Source of the DNA: Ginglymostoma cirratum
Taxonomy: Eukaryota
Assembly: GCA_024137785.1 (NCBI GenBank)
Contig: JAHRHZ010000077.1
Span: 19,224,239-19,288,238 of the forward strand
Direction of reading: 5' to 3'
DNA length: 64,000 nt
The notes beneath the pieces were generated by a model, which saw nothing but the letters and a program-made list of their open reading frames with translations, was not told where the DNA came from and ran no database searches. The position numbers were made by a program, and so were the translations under genes. Each line of letters begins with the position of its first letter. Position 1 is the first letter of the stretch. Shown here in pieces: positions 11,706-25,212 of this stretch.

Positions 11706-12399
11706 ACTTTTTCTTAAAAAGCGCCCCACTTTTCTTGACTAAGTGCCGCAGGATCTTTCACGCACGTCTGGACAGAGGCTGTTAAATCAACTATCTGAAA
11801 GACCAGACTGCTAACGTTGCGTCCCTCTTACCAGTGGAAATGATATACTGAAGTCTTAGCTGGGTTTTGAATCTCGTGATTTTAAAATAAATGCTGTAAT
11901 GGAACAAATCATCAAGGGGTCAAAAATTGATATTTTCTCTGTATAATTACTTCTGGCTGAACCGTATTTATAGATCACTTAGAATATAAAAGATTTGTGA
12001 AGATATAGTGATTTGAATTGACATTTGTCATCTTTCTCATGGGCAGTGGGCAATCCTTTGGTCTTAAATAGACTTTAATAACTACAGAACAAAACTGCAC
12101 TCTTTGTCTTCTTAAGAGCAGCAGGTGCTTTCACAATGGGATGCTGTCAGCAATTGTGGAGATTAACAAGATGTGTGCTGATAATTTAAGTTTGGAGGCC
12201 TGTGATCAGTGTGCATAATGCTGGTGAATATCTAACTCTTTGTTTCATCTTGTAGGTAAATCCACTGTTCGACTTGTATTTTCTGGTTTCATGTTTCAGC
12301 TTCAACTCTGTCCTTGTTGCTCATGATTTTTATTTGACAGTATCTTCTTAAACTTCAGATTCTTTGCCACAAGTTTTGGTATTCCAGTATTGTGTGTCG

Positions 12400-12810
12400 T
12401 AATGCTGACTCAAACTTGAAAGTTCTACAATCAAGTCTCACTTCAAGACTCAAGTGTAAAATCTGGACTGAGATTCCAGTGCGGTACCAAAGGAGTGCTG
12501 CATTATCAGAGTTTCCAGGTGTTTGGATAAGGTGTTATTCAGGGTATCAGCTGCCTTCCCTGATGCAGGTGGAAGATCCTGTGACACAAATTCAAAGCAG
12601 ATAGGGGTTATTTCTTAATCACCATAGTTTTTTTTGAAAAAACAACTATCTACTCCTTGTTGGTTGGGGGTGCGTGGGCTTTGTGCTAAATTGCCTGGTG
12701 TATTTCCTGCCTTCCAATGGCGATAGAACTTCACAATCAATTATGTATTTTGTTTGAAGTGGTTTGGGACCACCAGTGTTTGTGTAAGAAGCTATATGAG
12801 TGCAAATCTG
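12400..12810 (+). mobile_element. Degenerate Deu-domain-like SINE
   Basis: GGAGTGCTGCA...TTTGGATAAG...AAGATCCTGTGACAC...AAATTGCCTG resembles the DeuSINE core as I recall it. Confidence 0.5.
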
Positions 12811-13725
12811 TCTTCCTGGTCCATTATGTCACCTCAGTCAATCATGCCTCATGATTGTCCACTTCAGCCCATAGAATGGAGTTGATTTTTGTTCGAAGAC
12901 CGTGACTGATGTTTTGTGAGTTTCACAACATTAACATCCTGAAGTGAACTTAGAGTTAGTAATTCTACAGCAGGTTTGATCAGTTAGTGTAGTTTGTTGA
13001 TTTGGATTAGGACGCGTCACCTATCACTCAAGGCTAGGATTTTCCCAAGTGGGTGTTGAATAATGTTGTAATCTGTAGCCTGATACCAATAAATCAGAAG
13101 GCAGGAGTTTACGATGGCCTTTTGTGTTCATCTGTTTAAGTTTACTTGGTCAATTTGCAGTAATGTTTATGTATCTTACGGTGTCAATAACAAAGTGGCC
13201 CTAAGGGGCATGGATCCTGAATGAGATTTTGTAGTCATGAGCTGAGGCAGCAATAGTTGTTGTTGAACTTTGAATGTGAACACCTGTGAGATCTCCTTTA
13301 AAGTCTTTTTTTTTTGTGATGGGCATGACCCAATGGATAGTTGATCCTGCAACCCCACTCCTACCAAGACTAGCAATGAATGCCACCCAATCCCCTTGCT
13401 TAATGACTCTCAAGTGCTAGATTTCAAAGTGTGTCAAACTCTGGAGAATTAATAATAAATTGTGTCATACAGGAAACAATACCGATCTATACCCTTGACT
13501 CTGACATGTTATTTATGTTCTCTGGGCTTATGTAGCATGGTCTATTTGTAGTTTTCATCATTGCCTTTACTATGTCAGATTAAAAAGACATTTTTGTAAG
13601 GAGGTTGAGACTGATTGACTGACTATAAATTTAAAACATTCATTCTGTGGACATTTACCTAAATGTATGGGGATAAGGCAGGAAAGTGGAGTTGAGGATT
13701 ATCAAACTAACATGGTCTAATTCTC

Positions 13726-14012
13726 ATAGAATCCCTACAATGTGGAAACAGGCACTTCGGCCCAACAAGTCGACACCGACCCTCGGAGCATCCCATCCCC
13801 CATAACCCACCTAATCTACACATCCCTGAACACGATGGGCAATTTAGCGTGGCCATTTTTGGACTGCATGAGGAAACCGGAGCACCCAGAGGAAACCCAC
13901 GCAGACTCTGAGAACGTGCAAACTCCACGCACAGTGGCCCGAGGGTGGAATTGAACCTGGGTCCCTAGCGCTGTGAGGCAGCAGTGCTAACCACTGAGCC
14001 ACTGTGCTGCCC
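13726..14012 (-). mobile_element. V-domain tRNA-SINE (HE1-like)
   Basis: Minus strand has a tRNA head with A box TGGCTCAGTGG and B box GGTTCAATTCC, V-core GTGGAGTTTGCACGTTCTC...GGGTGCTCCGGTTTCC, and a CR1-like tail. Confidence 0.88.
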
Positions 14013-14431
14013 TAAAGGCATGCTGGGATTGGATCATTGAATGGGAGAGCAGACTCAATGGGTCAAATGGGCTACTTCTGCTCCTTTACGTATTTGCGGT
14101 CAAATATGTTACAGGTTTCATTTTACTGTTGTTACTGAATACATGCACGTAAAAGTGATATTCAATGATTTAAGAACCAAATTGATCATAAGCATAGACT
14201 TTTTAAATGTATGACTCTGTCAGACTACAGGTTTAGAAACAAGTGAATGCTGTTTCTTTTGAGTTGTGGGAATTGAGATTTTTAAAAGGAAGAAGTGGGT
14301 TGATAGTTAAAAGATTCAAACATAAATTTTCAAAACATCCATGGAATGTGCTAGTTGCTGGTTTGGCCAGCATTTATTGTTTGCTCATCCCTGATTGCTC
14401 TGGAGAAGTTGGTGATGAGGAAAAGGATTCT

Positions 14432-14710
14432 GAGATAGTAGGAACTGCAGATGCTGGAGAATCTGAGATAACAAGGTGTGGAGCTGGATGAACACAGCAG
14501 GCCAAGCAGCATCACAGGAGCAGGAAAGCTGACGTTTCGGGCCTAGACCCTTCTTCAGAAATGGAGGAGGGGAAGGGGGTTCTGAAATAAATAGAGAGCG
14601 GGGGGGGCAGAGAGGAGACAGACCGGTCAAAGAGGCGGGGATGGAGCCAGTAAAGGTGAGTGTAGGTGGGGAGGAGAAAGGTCAGCCCAAGGAGGACGGA
14701 CAGGTCAAGT
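14432..14710 (-). mobile_element. 5'-truncated PLE (pyrimidine-rich 3' region plus pLTR with hammerhead core), 14-bp TSD
   Basis: TSD AGGAAAAGGATTCT at 14418-14431 and 14711-14724; minus strand CUGAAGAAGGGUCUAGGCCCGAAACGUC. Confidence 0.88.
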
Positions 14711-16302
14711 AGGAAAAGGATTCTCTTGATTATCAGCTGCAAGTCTCTCTTCATACTCCTCCATTACTTCTCTCGATTTGCTTTTTCACCACCCCATCTG
14801 AACCTTCTATATTCAGCCTGGTCCTCGACTGTATTTTCTACTTGACATCTATTGTGAACACACTGTTTCTTATTTATCATAATTTCTACCTCCCTTTGTT
14901 CAGGAAGCTTTGGGTTTTCTGGCAGTATTGTTGCCTTTTAAGGGAATAGAATTTGACTGTGCCTGCCCCATCCTTTGAAAGTATCCCATTGTTTAGCAAC
15001 TGTTTTGTCTGCCAACCTTTAACTTCAATATTTTCAAACCAGCTCTGTTCTTAGTCCCCTGATATTGGTTTTCTCCCAGTTAATTATTCTTAAGTCTGGA
15101 TTGTTCATTATCCTTTTCCACTGTCACCCTTAGCCTCATGTAGATTCTGTCAATGGCACTTGATGTAACTGGCTCACCTCATTTCAAAGAACCAGCTCCA
15201 GCAGGGCGTCCTTTACTATTGAGTAATTGAGAAGTGTAGGTTTGTGTCTTAGCTTATGTGAATGTTTATTGATGACTTTTAGTTGCAATAATAGTGTAAA
15301 GAATTACACTTTCCTTTTGAGTTGGTCACAGGGGCCTTGGATCTCATTTTAGCAGTTGTAAGCCTATGGAATGATGTGCCAGCAAAAGCAGTTTGTGATA
15401 CATCAATGGGCTTCTTTTCAATGATGCCTGCATTGAGGGTTAGGAAGTCAATTTAAGATTAAAAATACCAGGTGATCAACTCTATAGAGCTGAATGGGTT
15501 GTGTGCTAATCAGACTGAAAAGGTCATCAATGGAATGCAACTAATTAGCTTCGCAAAGTATGTTGTTACTTAATACAATATTCTAAAATTTCTATCATTT
15601 GACTTAAACCATTTGGTTTATTTGATCCCTTTGCTTGATGTTAAATAGATTTGGCAAGTTGTATTTTACTTTATAGATCATGCATCCTTTTAAACTTGTT
15701 TTCCTGTTTAATATCTTCATTCGTGTGGCCTGACATCAGTTGTTGTGATATTGCAAAAGTTTCCGAGGAATGGTTTCTCTCCACACCCACTGCCTGCCTC
15801 CCCAACCAGCTGACTTCTAATAAAGTGCATTCAGGATTGGAAACTGTAGAATATCTCAGTCTACACCTTGTCCAGAACTCCTGGTGCACCATTTAATGAT
15901 TGAATTGTTTGACTCCTATTTAAGTGTTGAACAGAAAGTACTGACCTTGCTCATTAAATGTATTTCTTTTGATGAGACGGGTAGAAAAGGAGAAATATTT
16001 TGAATTGCAGGATATCATTGGAAATGTGGTCATCTAGTTGGTGACAAAAGGTAATTCCGGTGGTAATTTCCTTGCTGTCTTATAATGACAACAATTTTAA
16101 AAGCAGGATCATCGTCAGCTACTCTTAGTTGAGAATTTCCCACCCACTCTGGCATTGATGATAAGGAATTAGTATTTCAAAAAGGCACAGTATCTCTGCT
16201 TTATTCTCTGTGAATCAAGTAATATTTTATTTAATGGAGACTAACACTTGAGTGATCGTTATTTGCTCATTAAATAATTTGCTTCTACGTGTTGTTCTCT
16301 TT

Positions 16303-18470
16303 TAATTCATGGAATGTGAACTTTGCCAGCTTTAATTATCCATCGCTAATTGCCCTGGAAAAGTTGTGATGAGCTGCTGTCTTGAGCTGTTGCAGTCCAT
16401 TTCATGTAAGCACACGCAAGACTGTAGAGAACACTCGAGGATTTTAACCTAGGAACACTGAAGAGATGACGCAGTTCCACAGCAAGATGGAGTGGCTTGG
16501 AAGGGAATTTACAGGTAGTGGTGTTGCCATCTGCTGCTGTTATTTTTTTGGGATGGTAATAGTTAGGGGTTTAAGAGGTGCTATCTCAGGGGCCTTGGTG
16601 AGTTCTTGTAGATGTGCATAGGTGATGGAGGAAGTGAATATTTCTGGATGGACTACTTTCTTCCGGTTGCTGTCAAACTTTTGAGAATTGGTAGAATGGT
16701 ACTCATCCATCTAAGTTAACGATATTCCATCACACTCGTGACTTGTCTTGAAGATTGAGGACAGACTTTGGAGAATTGAGGTGAGTTACTTGCTACAGGC
16801 ATATGACCTGCTCTTATAGCCACAGTTCTTGTATGACTCATCTAGATTACCTTCTGGTCAGTGGGATTCCCTAGGATGCTGATAATGGGGGATTTGTCAA
16901 AGGGGCAGTTGTTCCGTTTAATATTGGAGATGTTCATTGCCTGGAACTTGAGGTGTAAATGTTACTTGCCACTTGTCAGTCCATGCCTGAATTTTGTCGA
17001 AACCTTGCAGCATTTAGACACTGCTGCACTCAGTATCTGAGGAATTGGAAATTATTTTGAACATTCATCAATGAACATCCTCACTCTTGACCTGAATTTT
17101 TATGGCTTTGTTAAGAAGCAGTTGAAGATGGTTTTACCTAGGACACGGCCAGGAGGCCCAGGTTGAAGTCCTGCTTGCTGCAGAAGTGTGTAATAACTCT
17201 TAGGAATAGATAGATTAGAAAATATCTGCCCCAAGAGGCACTGGCAATGATGTTCTGGAGCTGACGTAACTGACCTCCAGTAGTCATAACCATTTTACTT
17301 TGTGCCAGGTATGACTCCAACTAGCGGAGAGTTTTACCTGATTCTCATTGACTTCAGTTTTGCAAGAACTCTTGTGCCCTACTCGGTCTTTTGCAGCCTT
17401 TGTCAAATGCAGTGACTCTTGGCTGGCATCTGGAACTCCAGTCCTTTACTTCATATTTGAACTAAGGCTGTAAGCAGGTCAAAGGTTGAGTGGGCTCTGG
17501 CAGGACTCAAACTAAGTGTCATGAGCAGATTATTGCTGAGAAAGCAGCCCCAGATAGCACTGTTGATGACACTTTCTATCCCTTTTACTGATGGTGGAGA
17601 ATAGACTGGGGCGGTATTTGGCCAGGTTGGATTTGCCATGCTTCCTGTGTACATGCCTGGGCAGTTTTCCATGATAACAAGCATGGGGCTGGATGAACAC
17701 AGCAGGTCAAGCAGCATCATAGGAGCAGGAAAACTTGACGTTTCAGGCGTCAACCCTTCATCAGAAATGGGGGAGGGGAAGAGGGTTCTGAAATAAGTAG
17801 GGAGAGAGGGGGAGGCGGATAGGGGATGGATAGAGAGGAGAGGATAGGTGGAGAGGAGGCAGACAAGTCGAAGAGGCGGGGATGGAGCCTGTGAAGGTGA
17901 GTGTAGGTATGGGGGTAGGGAGGAGATAGGTCAGTCCAGGGAGGACGGACAGGTCAAGGGGGCGGGATGTTTTCCTGCTCCTATGATGCTGCTTGACCTG
18001 CTGTGTTCATCCAGCCCCATGCTTGTTATCTCGGATTCTCTAGCATCTGCAGTACCTTTTATCTCTGGGCAATTTTCCATGTTGTGTAGATGCCTGTGAT
18101 GTAGCTGTGCTGGAACAGCTTGGCCAGGAGAGCAGCAAGTTGTGGAGCTCACACACTCAGTACTATTGCTGGACTGTTGTCAAAACTCAATGTCTTTGCA
18201 GTTATCCAGTGCCTTCAACCATTTCTTGACGTTGCATGGAGTGAATTGAATTGGTTGAAGACCGGCATGTGATGCTGGGGATCTCAGAAAAACGCAGAGA
18301 TGGATTATCAATTTGCATTTCTGGCTGAGGATTGTTGCAAATGCTTCAGCCTCCTGTTTTGATGTTTTGGGCTCCCCATCACTGAATTTGAAAATATTTA
18401 TGGAGCCCCCTTCTCCAGTGAGTTGTTTAATTGTCCAGTACCTTAGGAGCATGACTGCAGAGCTTGGATC
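16303..18470 (-). mobile_element. Degenerate CR1/L2-group LINE (family B), interrupted by a PLE
   Basis: RT remnants VKGIESVINSAI..FLSNNLL..HSTFDLLTALVQ and LQPIQFTPCNVKKWLKALD; 3' tail shared with SINE family B. Confidence 0.75.
17674..18064. mobile_element. Young PLE insertion with inverted pLTR arms, 17-bp TSD
   Basis: TSD CTGGGCA(G/A)TTTTCCATG at 17657-17673 and 18065-18081; arms are reverse complements; hammerhead core on the minus strand at 17733-17768. Confidence 0.9.
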
Positions 18471-18477
18471 CAATCAG

Positions 18478-18567
18478 AATGAAGGATCTAGGCCTGAAAC
18501 ATCAAGCTTTCCTGCTCCTATGATGCTGCTTGGCCTGCTGCGTTCATCCAGCTCTACACCTTGTTAA
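18478..18567 (+). mobile_element. PLE pLTR fragment
   Basis: ATGAAGGATCTAGGCCTGAAACATCAAGCTTTCCTGCTCC...TTGTTA. Confidence 0.8.
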
Positions 18568-18569
18568 CC

Positions 18570-20275
18570 AACTGTGAATGTTTGTTTCTACAGGTATTTA
18601 AAGAGAAGATGAATCATGAAAACTAATCTAGGTCCCTTTCTATCAGAAATGCAGGAATTTATAACAAGGAACGAAGAAATGGTTTACAAACTAAATTTAA
18701 ATGTTACTTCTTCCTTTACAAAGGAGAACACGAATGACGCACCAACAATGATGGGGAACACAAGATTTAGTGAGATGGAGGAGGAACTGAAGCAGTTTTT
18801 CATTAGTAGAGAAATAATATTGAGGAAATCAGGTTTGAAAGCCAATAAATCCCCAGGGCCTGATAATATAATCCCAGAGTACGTAAGAATATGGCCCTAG
18901 AAATAGTGGACGTATTAGTCATCTTCCAAGATACTTTAGACTCTGGAATACATCCTGTAGGTTGGATGATAGTTAATGCAACCCACTATTTTAAGAAGGG
19001 AGCTAGAGAAGAAGCAGGGAATTACAGAACAGTTAGAAAACAGTAGCAAAATCAGAATAAAAGCATGCATTTACAAAAGGGAAATCATGCTTGACAAATC
19101 TTCCTCTGAGATTCTTCAAGGATGCAACCAGTAGACTTGATTGGCAGAGCCAGTCAATGTGGTTTATTTGGACTTTCAGAACATTTTTTTTTTGTCCCAC
19201 GTGAAAGATGAGTGTACAAAATTAAAGTGCATTGGATTGGGGGTAGTGTATTGAGATGGATAGAAAATTATTTAGTAGATAAACAGTGGGAATAAATGGG
19301 TCTTTTTTTCTGAATGGCAGGAAGTGACAAATGGATACTGCAGGGATTGGTACTAGGACCCAAGCTCTTAACAATATTTGTTAATGATGCAGATGAGGGA
19401 ACTAAATGTAATATCTCAATTTGCAGATGATTCAAAGCTGGTTGGAAAACTGTACTGTGACGAGGCTACAGAGATGTTAGTGATTTGGATGGGCTGAATG
19501 AGTGGTCAAATGCATGGTTGATTCAATATAATGTGAATAGAAGTGAGGTTAGCCTCTTTTTGGTAGCAAAAATTAGGCCAATATTATGTCGCAATAAATT
19601 GAGAGAGGGAAATGTTCAATGAGACCTGGGTGTCCTTGTGCAGCAGTTGCTGAAAGTAAACATACAGGTACAGCAGGCAGTAAAAAGACAAAAACTGTAC
19701 ATTGACGGGCATAATGAGAGGATTCCAGTTCAGGAGCAGCGATGCCTTAACTGCAATTATACAGGGCATTAGTAAGACCACACCTGGAATATTGTGTGCC
19801 GTTTTGGTCTCTTTATCTGAGGAAAGATGTTCTTGATTTGGAGAAGTGCAGCAAATGTTTACCAAATTGGTTCCTGGGATGGCAGGACTTGCATATGAAG
19901 AGAGTTTTGGGTTGGTTAGGGTTGTATTCACTGGAATTTAGAAGAATGAGGGAGGATCTCCTAGAAACCTATAAAATTCTAACAATATTAGACAGATTAA
20001 ATGCTGGAAGAACGTTTCCAATTCTGGTAAGCCCAGAATCAAAGATCATATTTTAAGGGTAAGGGGTAAATGTTTTTAGGATTGTGATGAGAAATTTCTT
20101 CACCCAGAAAATGGTGAGCCTGTGGAATTCATGATCACAGAAAGTGAGGGCAAAGCATCGTTTTCAAGAACGAGGAAGATATAGCTCGTGGGGGGTGGGC
20201 CACGATCATGTTGAATGTCGGAGCAAGCTTGAAGAGTTGATTGGCCTACTCCTGCTCCGATCTTCTGTGTTTCTG
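18570..20275 (+). mobile_element. Degenerate CR1-type LINE (RT through 3'UTR)
   Basis: LKANKSPGPD, VYLDFQ, ISICRxF/FADD-like region, LYSLEFRRMREDLLETYKIL and a CR1 3' tail. Confidence 0.85.
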
Positions 20276-20368
20276 TGAGCACTTTGCAAGGTCACAGGGT
20301 TGCATTTGACCTTTTCGTTTCTGGTACCAGACCTGCTGGTTCTTCCAGTTTAATTCCTTCATTGAGAC

Positions 20369-20580
20369 ATGATGTGGAGATGCCGGCGTTGGACTGGGTG
20401 GACGAGGCCAGAAATCTCACAACACCAGGTTACAGTCCAACAGGTTTATTTGACAACACAAGCTTTTGGAGCCTCTGTCTTCCTTTTAGGTGTTAGTGAG
20501 AGAGGTAGTATCAGGCACAGCATTTATAAGTAAAAGTCAAAGTTTCACACTATTGATGAGCATGTACTAAACGAATCTTG
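20369..20580 (-). mobile_element. pLTR of a third PLE family (degenerate)
   Basis: ATGATGTGGAGATGCCGGCGTTGGACTGGG...ACAACACCAGGTTACAGTCCAACAGGTTTATTTG; decayed hammerhead-like segment at ~20460-20492. Confidence 0.6.
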
Positions 20581-21289
20581 AGACAAGCAGCTCTGCTGTT
20601 ACTGAGGGCAGTTGGGAATGACCTACATAGCATGGCCAGAACAGGTAAGTACAGCAGATTGATTGCTTTCATTATTAAAGATAGTAATGAACTAGATGGA
20701 ATTTTATGACAATAGTTGCATAGTTTTCATTAGATTTTTAATGCTAGAGTTATTTAATTGAATTCAGATTCCATTGCATGACGTGATGGAATCAAGCCAC
20801 GTCCCTAGAGAGTGATCTAGGCCTCTGGATTACAAGTCATGCGACTTCACCACCTTCCCTTTTTAAAATGAGTAGAATTTCAGTGCTCTGTGCAGGCACT
20901 GCCCGAACAGTTGTTTTTAAACAGACTTTGACTTGTAGTGTTTTATATATTGAAAATAACACCAGTAATATAATTTTGCAAGCTCAATTACAAGCATCTT
21001 GTTATCTCATTATAGCAACTCGTTTTGTTGTAAAATTGTTGCAGTTCAAGCCTGTAGCAATTTGGTCAGTTTTAACTCAGTTTGGTCACATAAAGTATAC
21101 TTGTTTGTAATAAAGAATTGAACATTGATTGTAAAGGACTGTTAAACTATGTTGTAGGCTGAGAGACCGATTTGTTTTTAAATCGGTAAGAGAATGAAGG
21201 ATTATGGGGATGAGGTAGGAAGTGGAGCTGAGCATTATCAGAATGCCTTGATCTCAAAGTATACTAGCCTTTTCTCCTACATCGTACGG

Positions 21290-22205
21290 TCAAAGGACAT
21301 CTCTGCAGGAGTTTAAGGATAGCATCCTGAGGATAGCATCAACCATCTTCACTATATAAACAATTGTCTTTGTAATAATGTTAAAGCTCTTGTTGTAGCC
21401 TTCTACCTCTGGACCTCAGAGGCCTGGCGTCAAGCTCCAGATATGTATTGTAATTAAATATATCTATAATACCAGAGGTTGGATTGTTCACAGTTGGTTG
21501 CACAACGTTCAGCAGTATTCTCCATATCCGGATGTTCAAGCAGTTATTGTCCAAATGAATTAGTATCTGGATTTCAAGTTTGGACTAATGTGGCAAGTTA
21601 TATTCATGCCATACAATTCCAAGAAGTGAACATCTCCCAGAAAACAGGAATCTAACATTTCTTCTTGACACTTCATGCTATTATTATTGCTAAATCCTCC
21701 CATGATCAGTATCTTAGGGAGTACCACAGATCAGAAACCGAACTCTACTATCTGCAAATGGTTTGGTTTTAAAAAAAAATGAGGTAACAAGGCTTGGAAT
21801 TCAGTGGTAACTCCCATCCTGACTCCTCAAAGCCTGTCACCCAAGTGCATGGCATAAATTTAGGAGTATGATGTAGTAATATACTTGCCTGAATGTTGTT
21901 CAGACAGTATTCAATCATGAAGCTTGACACCACCCAATACAAAGAGGCCCATTTGATTTGCACTACATTGAACATTCACTTACTCCCTGCCACACTGATG
22001 CACGGTAGTGGAACTCGCGAAGGCTTCTTGGACAGCATCTTCCAAATCCAGAGTTCCTACCATCTGGCCAAGGTTGGCAGAAATATAAGACGACACCATT
22101 TGCAAGTTCCCCTCCCAGCCACACCCAGTTCTTTCTTGGTACCACCTTGAGAACAGTTGACTTGGTCTAGCCAGCAGCATCCATACGCTACGAATGTATT
22201 TTTTT
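21290..22205 (+). mobile_element. Degenerate family-B LINE, 3' part
   Basis: Plus-strand counterpart of the 16303-18470 element: TGGCAAGT..ATTCATGCCA and AAGCTTGACACCACCCAATACAAAG. Confidence 0.65.
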
Positions 22206-22754
22206 TAAAATGAAAGCACTCTGGTTTATTTTGTTATGGTATTGTAATGTTCGTTACCAACTCTCCTGCATTCAAGAGCTTTTGCTTATTGGACCTTCCC
22301 TCCCCAGCTTAGTTGATACTGATTTCCTTTTGTACTGTATATTTTCTTGTCTGTTAATGTGCTTTGCTTTTGTGTAACTTTAGACTTTCGATACCTGATT
22401 GTGCTGTGGAGCCTGTTATACTGCACATCTCTTGTAAACTAGTGACTCATAACTGATCTGTGGAGTTACCTTGATCTAACACTCAACAATGCTCAGTTGT
22501 GTGGTAGTGAGAATTGATAACAAAATTTTGAATAATTGCTCAATTGGAGATAAACTTTCAGTGTTTTGTGCAAAGTTTTTGGCATAATTGTTGTGAGATA
22601 CTTTTCTACATGTAGAATTGTACAGGTGAATCTGTTGTTTTCATATCTTTTTAAAAATGTCATTCCAGTTTTTCTACATACATTGAAATAAGGGGCAAAT
22701 GATACTTATGCTGAAACTAGCCAATTAAACTCTTCATTTGATCATGTGATTCAA

Positions 22755-24490
22755 ATGTTTCTGTCAAGCCAGCATGTGTTGCCTAGCCCTAATTTTCTTT
22801 GAGTGGGTAGTTAATCATGAGCTGCCACCTTGTAATGCTGCGTTCCTTGTGGTGTAGGTAAACCCATACAGCATTTTGACTGATGTTTGCAGAATTTTAA
22901 TGTGGAAAAAATAGTGATCTATTTCCAAGTTGGTTTGATTATATGATTTGGAAAGTAGGTTACAGGTGGTTATGTTCCCCATGCGTTTGTCACTGTTGGC
23001 CTTGCAGATTGTAGAGGGCAGGAATTTGGAACGTACTGTCAAAGGCCATTGCCTGCTGCTGCAGTGCGTCTTGTAGTTGGCCCATATTGCTGTCATGATG
23101 TGAAGGTTTAACACCAAGTTTGGGTTGCCAATCAAGTGAGCTGCTTAGTCGTGATGAGATTCTTGTGTGACAGAGTAGCACTGACTTTGGAAAGCCAGGT
23201 GAGTCCCCTTCAGAGCCTCTGACTTGCTCTTGGAGCTACAGTATTTTACGTGGCCAGTCAAGTTGAGTTCCTTGTCAGTGGTGACCTCAAAGACGTGATA
23301 TGGGCTTCAGTGATACCAGAACTGTTAGATGGCAGAAAGGTATAGTTAGACCCTCTCTTCTTGGAGATTATCTTGTGACACAAATGTTATTTCCCATTTA
23401 TCAACCCAAGTCTGAATGTTGGCTCATTATCTGAGGATTTGATAGATACCATTCATACTACAATCATAAACATCGGGAAGATGTTAATGAGGCAACTGAA
23501 GGTGATCAGGCTCAGAGTACTTTGTACAGTTCTAGTCACCCTGCTTCAGAAGGATTTTTATAAATTGGAGAGGACTCCGAAGAGATTTACCAGGATGTTG
23601 CTGGGACTGGAAGTTTTGAGTGAGAGAGATGGGCTCAGACTTATTTCACTGGGGTGTAGCAGGTTGAGGGGTGAGCTTCTCGGTCTGTAAAATCATGAGG
23701 CGCGTAGATGAATAGCAGAGATAGTAGGAACTGCTGATGCTGGAGTCTGAGATAACAAGGTGTAGAGCTGAATGAACACAGCAGGCCAGGCAGCATTCGA
23801 GAAGCAGGAAAGCTGACGTTTTGTATCTCGACCCTTCAGAAAAGCTGAATAGCAAGGGTCTTTTCCCATCGTTGGGGGACTTCAAAACCAGGGACCATAT
23901 TTTTAAGGTGAGAGGAGAGAGATTTAAAGACATGAAGGGCAATTTTTTTTTTTTTCTTTTTTAAGACAGTGGTTTGTATGTGGAATGAACTGCCAGAGGA
24001 AGTGGGGAATGCAGGTTCATTATGGACCAAATGCAGGGAATTGCGACTAGTTTCAGTTTGGTTTGGGAAAATGGTCAGCGTGGACTAGTTGGACTGAAGG
24101 GCCTATTTCCATGCTGTATGACTCTGACTCTATGATCTTGCCCTGAGGAACTTCTGCAGCGATGATTATCAACAGACATGGTTGACCACCTTTCTTCTGT
24201 TTAGTATGCATCCAGTGAAATGATTTTCTTGCTTCTCATTGACACTGACACTGATTTTTGTCTGTTTCCTTGATGATGCCACACGTCATCCATGTGAGCT
24301 CGCTGTCAAAAATGAACACTTTCCTCACTTCTGGAATTTGATTCTTTTGTCTGTGTTTGGGCTAAGTCTGTGCTGAGGTCTGGTGTCGAGTGGTCCTACT
24401 GGACCATGAATTGATCTTCGTTGAATGGGTTATTAGTGAATAAGTGCCACTGGAAGCATTATTGATGAAACCTTCCAGTAGTTTTAGATG
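22755..24490 (-). mobile_element. Degenerate family-B LINE with a nested CR1 3' end (~23510-24135, +) that itself contains a PLE pLTR (23718-23845)
   Basis: Three nested layers; the pLTR is flanked by 9-bp TSD TGAATAGCA at 23709-23717 and 23846-23854. Confidence 0.75.
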
Positions 24491-24871
24491 CAATGGCTAT
24501 CGGTTAGAATGGTTTTGCAACATAAGAACATAAAGTTATAGCATGGGGGAGGCCATTTGATGCATTGTGTTGTGGCAACTGAAAATTAGGTATCTGCTTA
24601 ATCCTTCTTTCCAGCCTTGGTCTGTAGCTCTGTTACTTAGAGCACTCGCCTAACCAGTACTTTTCAGAATGTGATGAGGGTTCTCATCTCTACCACCATT
24701 TTTGCAACAATGAGTTGCGTAGCCCTGGTGCCTTCTGTGTGAAAGGATTCCTCTTAACTTCTCTGCCATCCTTCATACACTTGGTACAACTTAGTTCAAT
24801 GCCCCGCAAGTCATTGAATTTGCTGCGAAAATACGTCCTTTCTTACCACACTACATAGGCAATTCAAATTT

Positions 24872-25212
24872 TAGAATCGTAGAATCCCTAAAGTGCAGAA
24901 AGAAACCTTTCGGCCCATTGAGTCTGCACTGACTCTTGGAGCATCCCACCCAAACCCAGCATCCCCAGTCCTATCTTGTAACCCTGCGTTTTACCATGGC
25001 TAACCCACATATCCTTAGACTCTATGGAGCAATTTGGCATGACCAATCTACTTAACCTGCACAAATTTGGACTGAGGAAACTGGAGCACCTGGCAGAAAC
25101 CCACACAGACATAGGGACAACATGCAAACTCCACACACCACCCAAGGCTGGAATTGAACCTGGGTCCCTGGTGCTGCGAGGCAGCAGTGCTAATCGTTGA
25201 GCCACCATGCCG
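24872..25212 (-). mobile_element. V-domain tRNA-SINE (HE1-like)
   Basis: Same architecture as 13726-14012. Confidence 0.85.

Noticed and set aside
13930-14012. tRNA-like sequences (also ~25140-25212, 36681-36765, 47057-47145, 56205-56270)
   Set aside because: These are SINE heads continuous with SINE bodies, not standalone tRNA genes.
18580-18600. TTTCTACAG|GTATTT as a recursive splice site
   Set aside because: It lies within CR1 ORF2-derived sequence and the donor is weak.
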